Shown here piece after piece: positions 19,073 through 27,542 of a stretch of DNA of 32,034 bases; the stretch's first letter is position 1; the number at the start of each line of letters is the position of its first letter. Location of the stretch: positions 1 to 32,034 of the forward strand of contig CAZFAZ010000010.1 in the NCBI GenBank assembly GCA_964517155.1, read 5' to 3'. Origin of the DNA: an uncultured Thermoplasmatales archaeon (GTDB taxonomy: Archaea; Thermoplasmatota; E2; DHVEG-1). Under the pieces are notes generated by a model. That model was not told the DNA's origin and searched no databases. It saw only the letters and a program-made list of their open reading frames with translations. The position numbers and the translations under genes were made by a program.

Positions 19073-20277
19073 GCCCCAAACTTTTCAAGCCTGAGTGCAT
19101 TTGCCATAGCAATAGGAAGTATTTCAACAGCTGGAAGCCTTGGCCCCAAACCACCTGTTATACAATCTCTTTCTCCAAATTTTTCTACTTTATCCGGTCT
19201 GCATTGTTTTGAATAAATAAGCAGTGGTACTGGATGCCAGCTATGAGATTTCAATAAAGATGGTGTTGAATGATCACCTGTAACAATTACAACATCAGGA
19301 TTCAAATTCATAAGTTTAGGGATAAGTCCGTCTACTTCTTCTATTACTTTTACTTTTGAATCAAAGTTTCCATCCTCGCCATAACTATCAGTTTTTTTAA
19401 CATGTAAAAAGAAGAAATCATAGTTATCCCAGTTTTCTTCAAGAGTTTTAAATTCATCGTCAACAGTTTGTCCTGTTTCAAGCAGGTCCATACCAATTAA
19501 TCTTGCAAGTCCTTTATACATCGGGTAGCATGCTATTGCTGCACTGCGAAGACCAAAAACCTCTGGAAAACTAGGCCAATTAGGTTTTTTTGAAAAACCA
19601 CGTAGTAGAATCATATTTGCAGGATGTTCATCTGCTAATATTTCGCCAGATTGTTTCATAAATTTTTTTACAATATCTGTTGTTTTATCAAATCCTTTAG
19701 ATTTAAGTTTTGGCTCCAGTGGTTTTTTACCTGTAACCTGAGGATCTGTGTCTATAAGCTCTCCTGAAAGACCTTCTCCGCGTAACACAAGTAAAAAACG
19801 GTGTTCTTTAACTGTTTGAACAAAAACTTCAGCACCCTCTAAATCAATGTTTTCACAGAGTTTTTTACATAGCTGTTGATTTTTTTCATTGCTTATTCTT
19901 CCTGCACGCCTATCTGTTACAACACCATTTTGATCAACAGTACAAAAATTACCACGTGCTGCTACATCACCTGGTTCAAGCTTAAAACCAATGCCTGTTG
20001 CAGCAAGAACACCACGACCTACCTGATATTTTACAGGATCATAGCCAAAAATACCAAGATGCCCAGGACCACTACCTGGTGTTATACCCGAGCCGATGGG
20101 CAGTTGAAGTCCACAAACACTTTTTCTTGAAAGATTATCTAGATTTGGAGTATATGCTTTCTCAAGCTCAGTAAGTCCATTTTCTTGAAGTGGGTGACCG
20201 CCTAATCCATCCATTACAAGCATTACAATTTTTGTATCTGCTGGCTTTACAAGTTTGCTAATAAAATCTAAATCCAT
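19069..20277 (-). CDS. apgM: 2,3-bisphosphoglycerate-independent phosphoglycerate mutase, archaeal type
   Basis: MDGLG, TPNLD, PGSGPGHL, DRRAGRI, HVKKTDSYGEDG, TGDHSTP and HSWHPVP. Confidence 0.93.
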   Translation of the reverse strand: MDLDFISKLVKPADTKIVMLVMDGLGGHPLQENGLTELEKAYTPNLDNLSRKSVCGLQLPIGSGITPGSGPGHLGIFGYDPVKYQVGRGVLAATGIGFKLEPGDVAARGNFCTVDQNGVVTDRRAGRISNEKNQQLCKKLCENIDLEGAEVFVQTVKEHRFLLVLRGEGLSGELIDTDPQVTGKKPLEPKLKSKGFDKTTDIVKKFMKQSGEILADEHPANMILLRGFSKKPNWPSFPEVFGLRSAAIACYPMYKGLARLIGMDLLETGQTVDDEFKTLEENWDNYDFFFLHVKKTDSYGEDGNFDSKVKVIEEVDGLIPKLMNLNPDVVIVTGDHSTPSLLKSHSWHPVPLLIYSKQCRPDKVEKFGERDCITGGLGPRLPAVEILPIAMANALRLEKFGA

Positions 20278-20448
20278 ACTTGGTTCCTCTTTCTCTCCAG
20301 ATATTATTTTTTTTAAGACTCATAATTTAATTTTGTTAATAAAGATTATGATGTAAAAAATTTTAAAATCAATCTTTTTATTTTATTTATATAAATAAAA
20401 ATTAAATACTTGTTAGCTATCAAGTATTTTCACAAGAATTGATATAAT

Positions 20449-21553
20449 ATGATTACAAAAAAGGTCGAGTGTCCAAAATGCAAACAAATCTTTACATCAT
20501 CTGGTAACCCGGGTGACATCATAAGGACAATTTGTCCTTCTTGCGGTCTTGCAGGAAAAATTATTTTTGAAAAAACTTTTTCATCAAGTATTATAAATGA
20601 AAACGCCGCATTAGGAGTTATCAATCTTAGAAAAGAATATGGTAGCCTTGTAGCAGTAAACAATATTTCTTTTTCTGTTAAAAAAGGTGAAGTATTTGCT
20701 TTTCTTGGCCATAATAGTGCAGGTAAAACTACAACTGTTGAAATGATTGAATCAATTAGACAACCAACCGCGGGAACAATAAAAATACTTGGAAAAGACA
20801 TTAACACATCTTTTGTTGATGTAAAAGAAAAAATTGGTGTACTTCCGCAGGAGTTTCATTCCTTTGAAAGACTTACCGTAAAAGAAACCTTAGAATTTTT
20901 TTCAAAGCTTTTTAAGAAACGTGCAAAAATAGATGAAATAATTAATGCTATGGATTTAAAAGATAAAGAAAACACACTTTACATGAATATTTCTGGTGGT
21001 AGAGAACTAATTAAGATAAACGATGTTGAAACAATCACTGGTGAGTTTAGCTTTATTGATTTCTTTTTACCAGGTATGATTGGTTTTACTATAATACAAA
21101 CCTGTATTTATGGTAGTCTTGAGCGTAATACAAAATTTAAAAAAGATGGAATTTTAAGAAAACTTTTAACAACGCCGATTACTCATTCTGAATGGATTTT
21201 TTCAAAGATGTTTTTCCAGTTGTTTTTATCGTTTGTATCTGCGGCTTTAATCATTGTTTTAGGGGTGTTAGTTTACGGCATTAAAATTAATATTAACATC
21301 TTTATGATTTTGATAATTATTGGCACAAGTTTTCTTTTTACAGGAATAGGTATGCTCATCAGTCGTTTTGTAAAAGATGAGGACTCTGCAGGTATGGCTG
21401 GTGGTGCTGTTACTGTTCCTATGATGTTTCTTGCAGGAACTTTTTTTGCACTTGAGCAGATGCCAGAGTTTTTACAAATAGTTGGCTGTAATCATTTTTG
21501 CAGTGGTTTTCTTTGTATCTAGTTTAATTTTAACTAAGTGGAAGGAAGATTAA
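20449..21553 (+). pseudogene. Deletion chimera of an ABC exporter ATPase (with N-terminal Zn ribbon) and an ABC-2 permease
   Basis: CPKC/CPSC, then an altered Walker A (GHNSAGKTT) and Q-loop. The ATPase stops at the ISGG signature (~21000) with no Walker B or H-loop and runs into a permease C-terminal half. The apparent permease end LAVIIFAVVFFVSSLILTKWKED* is out of frame (21482-21553). Confidence 0.8.
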
Positions 21554-21702
21554 GCTGTTTTTCTGAAACTTGTATTTTGAAAAAGAAAATTTTGATTTGC
21601 AATAAACAATTTGTGTGCCTTTTCCTATTTCATTTATGCCTACATGCAGATTTATTTCATGTTCTAAAAAAAATGTTTTTTAGTCTGTTGGTAAATGTTA
21701 AT

Positions 21703-22266
21703 TCAATATCTTTTAAAACCAATCCAACGCGAAGTTTTCTTCATATACTCCTTGTATTTTTCACCATATTTTTCAATACAAAACTCTTCTTCATATCCAA
21801 CATATAAAACTATTACAATCATGTAAAAAATTGTTATTATTAGGAAAATTAAGGAGTTTGACATCAATACTATTCCAACATATGCAAAGAAAAATGAAAG
21901 ATACATAGGATTTCTTGAGTATTTGTACATCCCCATCATAACGAGACTATCCGCCGATGTTTTTATCCAGCTTATACAAACACTGATGGCAATAATTATT
22001 CCAATAGTCCATAAGACAAATCCAAAATTAAAAAAAACTGTATCAAAAACTATTGGTGCTAAAAAGCTTACAATAACTGCGAGTATGAACATAATTGATG
22101 AAAGATTATATAGAAATCTAAAAAAGTTATCTCTTTTAATTTTTTGGGAAGAATCTTCATGTTTGTTCTTTTTTTTATAAACAGAAGGAATAACTGTTAT
22201 TATAATATAAACTATTAAGAAGAGATATGCATTCATTAATCCTAATTCAAAGGTAGTATACATCAA
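21703..22266 (-). CDS. Isoprenylcysteine carboxyl methyltransferase/PEMT-family membrane methyltransferase
   Basis: Multiple transmembrane segments, LVMMGMYKYSRNPMY and EE...KYGEKYKEY...RW. Confidence 0.85.
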   Translation of the reverse strand: MMYTTFELGLMNAYLFLIVYIIITVIPSVYKKKNKHEDSSQKIKRDNFFRFLYNLSSIMFILAVIVSFLAPIVFDTVFFNFGFVLWTIGIIIAISVCISWIKTSADSLVMMGMYKYSRNPMYLSFFFAYVGIVLMSNSLIFLIITIFYMIVIVLYVGYEEEFCIEKYGEKYKEYMKKTSRWIGFKRY

Positions 22267-22437
22267 TTTTTAACCTTATTTTCTTTCTTAAAAAGATTGT
22301 TTTTCCAGAATACATACAAATTTTAATTATAAAATAATTTCCCTTTTAATATTCCCTAACATTATTTCTGTTTAATTTATTTAGGAAAAAATGAAAATAA
22401 AGAAATAAATTAGATTTTTTAATCAGTTGAATAAAGA

Positions 22438-22524
22438 TTATGCAATTGGGCACTCTGCAACATGTAGAGATCCATATGTTATTTCTTTATCTACAGATTT
22501 CATTTTTGGCTTTGAGTATTTCAT
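22438..22524 (-). CDS. Candidate RiPP precursor peptide, 28 aa: MKYSKPKMKSVDKEITYGSLHVAECPIA
   Basis: ATG at 22524 and TAA at 22438-22440. GGGTTGAT ribosome-binding-like site 6 nt upstream, a TATA-like box at 22607-22614 and a T-rich tract downstream. It carries a YxxP leader motif and lies near the PqqD and radical SAM genes. It is below the ORF-track length cutoff. Confidence 0.75.
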   Translation of the reverse strand: MKYSKPKMKSVDKEITYGSLHVAECPIA

Positions 22525-22562
22525 TTTTTTATCAACCCACTTTATAATTTCAATTTTATTTC

Positions 22563-22614
22563 TCGTATATCTAATTTATACGATATATATCTATATTAAT
22601 CTACTTTATATAAA
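22563..22614 (-). promoter_or_regulatory. Putative promoter and inverted repeat upstream of the precursor gene
   Basis: Minus-strand AAACTA-TTTATATA (TATA at 22614-22607) and TCGTATA-N7-TATACGA at 22563-22583. Confidence 0.4.
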
Positions 22615-22771
22615 TAGTTTTCCTTACAATAGTATAATACTTTGATTTTTGGACAATATAGTCTGTTGTAGTAAAATTTGTTTTGTCCAACTATCTTTTT
22701 CGTATACTACATTCAACACCGTAAACTTACAAATGATGAAAATAAACAAAATTTTAACTTAAACGCTAAAG

Positions 22772-23797
22772 TTAAGAAGAAATATGTTTTAAAGAATGAT
22801 AAATTTTAAAAGAATTTTTAAAGAAAAGTAGTATTGCAATTATTAAAAATATAGCTGGTATAATAGAACATGTTAAAATACAAAGGAGCAAAAAAACTAA
22901 GAATGACCACAACATCGTTGAAATCGGAAGGAAAAAATTTATGTTTTTTTGTCTTAAATCTTTTAGTTTGATGTGTCTTAGCCATAAAATCATAAGAACA
23001 GGAAACACACCTAAAAAGGAAATAGTAATAACATCTAGATAAAACTTATAAACACATAAAAATAATAATAAAATCCATAAAATAATAGCTGCATGAATTG
23101 TCCAGTTATAACCAAGTAGTACATTAGTAGGTTTTATTCCAAATTCTGCATCTGTTTTAATATCTCGCCAGCTTATAAGTAAAGTATAAGAAATAACAGG
23201 AATGCCCATTATTAATCCGAGAATAAAGATGTCCATACTTGTCTTTGCTCCGCTAGTTAACCATCCTAAAACAAAAGGTAAAGAGCCGAAAATTAACATA
23301 TTTGAAACAATATCTATCAGCGGTTTGGTTTTAAATCTAACAGGAGGCATGGAGTACAAAAATGTGATAATAACAAGAATCGAACCCATAATAAAAACCG
23401 TGAAGTCAAAATAATGCCACAGAAAATATAAACCAACAACAGAACAGATAATTGATGATATTAAAAGTTCTTTATCTGAAATATATTTGAATATCCACAC
23501 ATTATGTTTTCTTGCAAAAATATCAAGTTTTTTATCAAATAGAAAATTGGTAAAACCACTAACAAACTCAGCCAATATTAAAAAAAACATCATTATTAAA
23601 GTAGGATAAAACAAAAATTCTTTTATCGCCCACCATTCTCCTAATAAAAAAAATGAAATAGTAATAGGAATTGTTGGTATTCGCGAAGCAACAAGATATG
23701 CTAAAATTTTTCTTTTTAAAAGGTTTGAACTTGGATTCTTGATATTTTCATCGTCGATTTTTTTTCCCCAAAAAAATTCTTCGAAATTTTCAGCCAT
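22772..23797 (-). CDS. UbiA-superfamily membrane prenyltransferase, copy 1
   Basis: NFLFDKKLD (NxxxDxxxD), YSMPPVRFK, RDIKTDAEFG and many transmembrane segments. Confidence 0.87.
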   Translation of the reverse strand: MAENFEEFFWGKKIDDENIKNPSSNLLKRKILAYLVASRIPTIPITISFFLLGEWWAIKEFLFYPTLIMMFFLILAEFVSGFTNFLFDKKLDIFARKHNVWIFKYISDKELLISSIICSVVGLYFLWHYFDFTVFIMGSILVIITFLYSMPPVRFKTKPLIDIVSNMLIFGSLPFVLGWLTSGAKTSMDIFILGLIMGIPVISYTLLISWRDIKTDAEFGIKPTNVLLGYNWTIHAAIILWILLLFLCVYKFYLDVITISFLGVFPVLMILWLRHIKLKDLRQKNINFFLPISTMLWSFLVFLLLCILTCSIIPAIFLIIAILLFFKNSFKIYHSLKHISS

Positions 23798-23861
23798 TTA
23801 ACTCCACCAATTTTTTCTTTTATGCAATAGTTTTTAAGCTTTTTATATTTACTAAGATATT

Positions 23862-24905
23862 ATGGATAACCGTGATACAACTGACTTCTCCAGTAACGAT
23901 ATAAACATTGACGGTTTTAAAATAAAAATAGATGATTTTATAGAAGAAAAAATACTTCCAGATCATTTCAACTCACCATTTATTGGACAATGGGAAATTA
24001 CACGAGAATGCAATCTTAGATGCATATTTTGTTATAATAATTCAGGAGAAAAACATTCTAATGAATTAACGCATGAACAAAAAATAAACGTTGCAAATCA
24101 GATTGTAGACGAGAAGATATATAGAATGTGTATAAGCGGAGGAGAACCTATTCTTTGCGAGTCTTTTTGGGATATCGCCAAAATTTTAAAACAAGGAAAC
24201 ATCTTTTGCAATACTATAACTAATGGATGGTTTGTAAACGAAGAAAATTCATCTTTATATGCTAATTATTTTAAAAGTATTCAGATTAGTTTAGATGGCA
24301 GAAAAAAAGATACCCACGATAAATTACGGGGTAAAAAAGGTAGCTGGGAAAAAGCTGTTAATGCCTGCAGACTAATCAAAGAGGCTGGAGGCAGGATATC
24401 CATTGCAACAGTCGTAAATCCGATTAATCTATCTGAACTTGAAGAATTAATTGATTTTACATACAGCCTAGGTGCAACAGATATGCGACTTGATGAAGTG
24501 ATATTTACGGGCAGAGCATCAAACAGAACTTATGATGATATTTCTTTATCTGAAAAACAATCATCTCAGCTGGAAAAAATAATAAAAAATAAAAAAAATG
24601 AATATAATGAAAAAATGTTTAATGTCGATATCGTGCCCAAAACACAATATAATTATGTTAGGGGTTTTGCAAAAATCCCGCCGTTATCTATTTATATTTC
24701 ACCAACCGGCACATGTGCAATTGACCCAGTTCTTCCTTTTTCAGGTGGTTCTTTAAAAGAAAAAAATCTAAAGGAAATTTGGAATGAACTTAAAACAATT
24801 CATAAAAATAAGGATTTCATAAACTATTCACTAAAAATAAAAACAGGTAAAGATTTTAAAAATATTGACAATATCCCCTACGCCAAAGGTGAATTACATG
24901 ATTGA
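23862..24905 (+). CDS. PqqE/MftC-like radical SAM protein with degenerate SPASM/twitch region
   Basis: WEITRECNLRCIFC, SGGEP, TNG, QISLDG...HDKLRG..GSW and TGRA. The C-terminal IYISPTG...GSLKEKNLKEIW retains only one Cys. Confidence 0.87.
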   Translation: MDNRDTTDFSSNDINIDGFKIKIDDFIEEKILPDHFNSPFIGQWEITRECNLRCIFCYNNSGEKHSNELTHEQKINVANQIVDEKIYRMCISGGEPILCESFWDIAKILKQGNIFCNTITNGWFVNEENSSLYANYFKSIQISLDGRKKDTHDKLRGKKGSWEKAVNACRLIKEAGGRISIATVVNPINLSELEELIDFTYSLGATDMRLDEVIFTGRASNRTYDDISLSEKQSSQLEKIIKNKKNEYNEKMFNVDIVPKTQYNYVRGFAKIPPLSIYISPTGTCAIDPVLPFSGGSLKEKNLKEIWNELKTIHKNKDFINYSLKIKTGKDFKNIDNIPYAKGELHD

Positions 24906-25191
24906 TAAAAATCTTAAACCAAAACTTGCAAAAGACATAGTATACAAAGATGAAGGAAAAGATGGGGAGACTATAAGCATGGCAAGCTACATAGGTGGCC
25001 CAATTAGAATTTTAAATCCAGTTGCAAGTAAGGCTGTTAAACTTTTAGATGGGAAGCATACAATTCAAGAAATTATAAATGAAATATGTGACTCATTTGA
25101 GGATGCCGATTTAAAAACAGTAGAAAATGACATAATAGAATTTTTATTAGATCTTGAAAAAAAGAAAATTATAGAGCCGTTAAAAAAATAA
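24898..25191 (+). CDS. PqqD-family RiPP recognition element (RRE)
   Basis: LNPVA...LLDGKHTIQEII..I...F....VENDIIEFLLDL...II pattern in a 97-aa protein. It has an AAGGTGA ribosome-binding site and overlaps the radical SAM stop codon. Confidence 0.87.
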   Translation: MIDKNLKPKLAKDIVYKDEGKDGETISMASYIGGPIRILNPVASKAVKLLDGKHTIQEIINEICDSFEDADLKTVENDIIEFLLDLEKKKIIEPLKK

Positions 25192-26154
25192 TTATCCTCT
25201 AACATATTTTGTAAATATAAAAATATCGTAAATTGTAAAAATTATCCAAATCACTAAAAAGAAAAATGGGAAAATATTTTTTGAAAAAAAGCTTAGAAAA
25301 ATTAAGATAACACCAGCAAAAATTAAAGTGCTTAAACCCCCAACTATATTTACCAACAATTTACGATTATTTCTATAAACAAAAGCAAGAGCTATAAGAG
25401 GGATATATGTCAAAAGAGAAATTACCAGCAAATCAGCAATTCCAAAAAAACAGATTGCTATAACTAAATCTGTTATATATATGATAGCTCCTAATATAAG
25501 AGAATTTTTTAAACCTATGATATTACAAGAAGTTCTTATGCCTAACTCTTTATCCCTCTGTATATCAATTGTTGTATAGAAAAAGAAAATATGCGAAATA
25601 ATTAAAAAAAGAATTAGAAAATAAATCATAGAGCCAAAGGTTAAAGGATTTAGTAGTATCATCCATCCCATGAAAAAAGGAACAGACCCACCTAATGCAT
25701 TCATTAAACAATCAAATGGTGGTTTTGTTTTAAGTCTAATAGGAGGAGTAGAATAAAATACGCCTATTATAACTATTAACAATCCTAACAAAAAAACTTC
25801 AACATTTATAAAAAAATATAGAAATAACAGAGGAATGACTGATAAAAAAACAGACACGACCAGCATTTCTTTTGCAGAAATATATTGAAATACTCTAACA
25901 ATAGGTTTTCTTGCAAAAATATCAAGTTTTTTATCAAAAACTACATTTATCAAAGAACCTGCTGAAAAAATTCCTAAAAGAGATAACAATACAATTAAAG
26001 TTTGAAAAAATGGGAATTCTTGTATAGAATACCATTCACCTAAAAGAAAAAAAACTGATACAAGAAACCAACAAGACAGTCTAAATGATTTAAAATAAGA
26101 AATAAATTTATTTTTTAAAAAAATGGATTTTGAATTATTTTTTTCTTCAACCAT
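25192..26154 (-). CDS. UbiA-superfamily membrane prenyltransferase, copy 2
   Basis: NVVFDKKLD, YSTPPIRLKTKP and DIQRDKELG. It is a paralog of 22772-23797. Confidence 0.87.
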   Translation of the reverse strand: MVEEKNNSKSIFLKNKFISYFKSFRLSCWFLVSVFFLLGEWYSIQEFPFFQTLIVLLSLLGIFSAGSLINVVFDKKLDIFARKPIVRVFQYISAKEMLVVSVFLSVIPLLFLYFFINVEVFLLGLLIVIIGVFYSTPPIRLKTKPPFDCLMNALGGSVPFFMGWMILLNPLTFGSMIYFLILFLIISHIFFFYTTIDIQRDKELGIRTSCNIIGLKNSLILGAIIYITDLVIAICFFGIADLLVISLLTYIPLIALAFVYRNNRKLLVNIVGGLSTLIFAGVILIFLSFFSKNIFPFFFLVIWIIFTIYDIFIFTKYVRG

Positions 26155-26261
26155 CTGTATTAAGTCTATTAGTTTTTTACTTAAATAACTTGTTTTAAGT
26201 TTTTATATTTTTAAAAAGTGTATAACTTTTAATAATGAGATAGAATATTATATTAACAAAG

Positions 26262-27518
26262 ATGATTAGCGACAAAAATCTATTAAATAAATCTTCTAAA
26301 GAAAAACATATTATTGATAATGTACCTTATGTTGGTCAAGATAACAGTATTTTTTGTTCATATGCTTGTCAAACAATGATTATGAAATATTATGATAGAA
26401 ATGTTAACTTAGACGATTTTGTTTTTAACTCAGGAGTAAGTTATTCATCAGGCTATGTTAAAGATTATTTTAACTATTTTCCAACTTGTGGAACTTTTTT
26501 ATCACAATGGCCACTTGATAGAAAATTTGTAGCAGATATTTATGGTTTAGAGTTTGAAACATGGTTTCCAAATGTTTTAAACAGTTCAGTATCTGAAATC
26601 TGGAATATTTACTGGGAAAAAATAAAATCATATGTCAAAAATGATATTCCTGTATCTACAGCAGTAGATTTAGTATCTCTACCTGCCTTTAGAACGCTTA
26701 TGGATAGTCAATTGTGGATAAATGCAAAAAAAATCCCAAATTTTGCATGGAATTTGGTTTCAACTGCTCATGAAATAGTAATTGTTGGATTTGATGAAGA
26801 AAATAAATTAGTTTACTATAATGATCCTGTTTCATTAAATCTAGGTAATGCCAAAAATGGGATATGTGCCTCTGTTTCTTTGGATATTTTTGTAAGGTCT
26901 GTTGCTAATGCAAAAGTTGGTAATTTTTTTCCTAACTTTATCATCAATACATATAAGGAGAAAAAATCTGCTTTATCGGATGATATTATTTTTAGAAAAT
27001 CACATGACAGAAATATACAAAAAATTAAAGGAAATCCTTTATATTATGATGAGAAATGGAGAAAATATCCACTTGGCATAAATGGATTAAATGAAATGAT
27101 TAAGGTTTTTCAAAGTACTGACGAAGCTAAAAATAAAGAATTAATATCAATGTATAAATTAGATAGCGTTAGAAAAGATTTTATGAAAAAGATTTCTTCA
27201 TTTTTTACTAAAAAATCAGACTCTCAATATCTAATTGATTCTCTTATAAATATCTATGATATTGTTTCAATTGAAAAAAAATACGCTTATGAATATTTAA
27301 AAAATCATGGCATATCCTCAAAAGAGTTAAATGATGAAATAGAGTTATTTGGTAAAGAAATAGAGAGATGGAAAGAAATTTCAAAGTTTTATTCACGTTT
27401 TTATAAAGAATTAATGTTTTCAACAAAAAACAACAAAGTTGAAAAATTTAATGAAAATGTAGTTTCAAATATTTCAGATATAATAGATATTGAAAAAACG
27501 ATGGCCAGAATTTATTAA
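26262..27518 (+). CDS. C39-like (papain-fold, BtrH-like) cysteine peptidase
   Basis: VPYVGQ....CSYAC..M.MKYY gives the oxyanion Gln and catalytic Cys. HEIVIVGFD...VYYNDP gives the His and Asn/Asp. A helical C-terminal extension follows and no signal peptide is evident. Confidence 0.75.
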   Translation: MISDKNLLNKSSKEKHIIDNVPYVGQDNSIFCSYACQTMIMKYYDRNVNLDDFVFNSGVSYSSGYVKDYFNYFPTCGTFLSQWPLDRKFVADIYGLEFETWFPNVLNSSVSEIWNIYWEKIKSYVKNDIPVSTAVDLVSLPAFRTLMDSQLWINAKKIPNFAWNLVSTAHEIVIVGFDEENKLVYYNDPVSLNLGNAKNGICASVSLDIFVRSVANAKVGNFFPNFIINTYKEKKSALSDDIIFRKSHDRNIQKIKGNPLYYDEKWRKYPLGINGLNEMIKVFQSTDEAKNKELISMYKLDSVRKDFMKKISSFFTKKSDSQYLIDSLINIYDIVSIEKKYAYEYLKNHGISSKELNDEIELFGKEIERWKEISKFYSRFYKELMFSTKNNKVEKFNENVVSNISDIIDIEKTMARIY

Positions 27519-27542
27519 AAAAAGTTAATTGTAATTGCAGGA

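Noticed and set aside
22427..22645. Plus-strand 72-aa ORF from the ORF track
   Set aside because: It is a low-complexity antisense shadow of the minus-strand precursor gene and its promoter, with a TTG start and no ribosome-binding site.
22596..22712. Possible second, degenerate precursor (minus strand ATG TAG TAT ACG AAA..., M*YTKKIV...)
   Set aside because: It has a stop at codon 2, lacks the Pro of YxxP and shows no similarity to the precursor core. It is probably chance.
3399..23828. Shared ttttatgcaat upstream of the sulfotransferase (3399-3409) and UbiA-1 (23818-23828)
   Set aside because: An 11-bp AT-rich match seen only twice cannot be distinguished from chance.
23862..25191. Canonical PQQ or mycofactocin operon
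   Set aside because: No pqqB/pqqC or mftD/mftE/mftF genes are present, and the peptide lacks the ExxxY or IDGxCGVY signatures.
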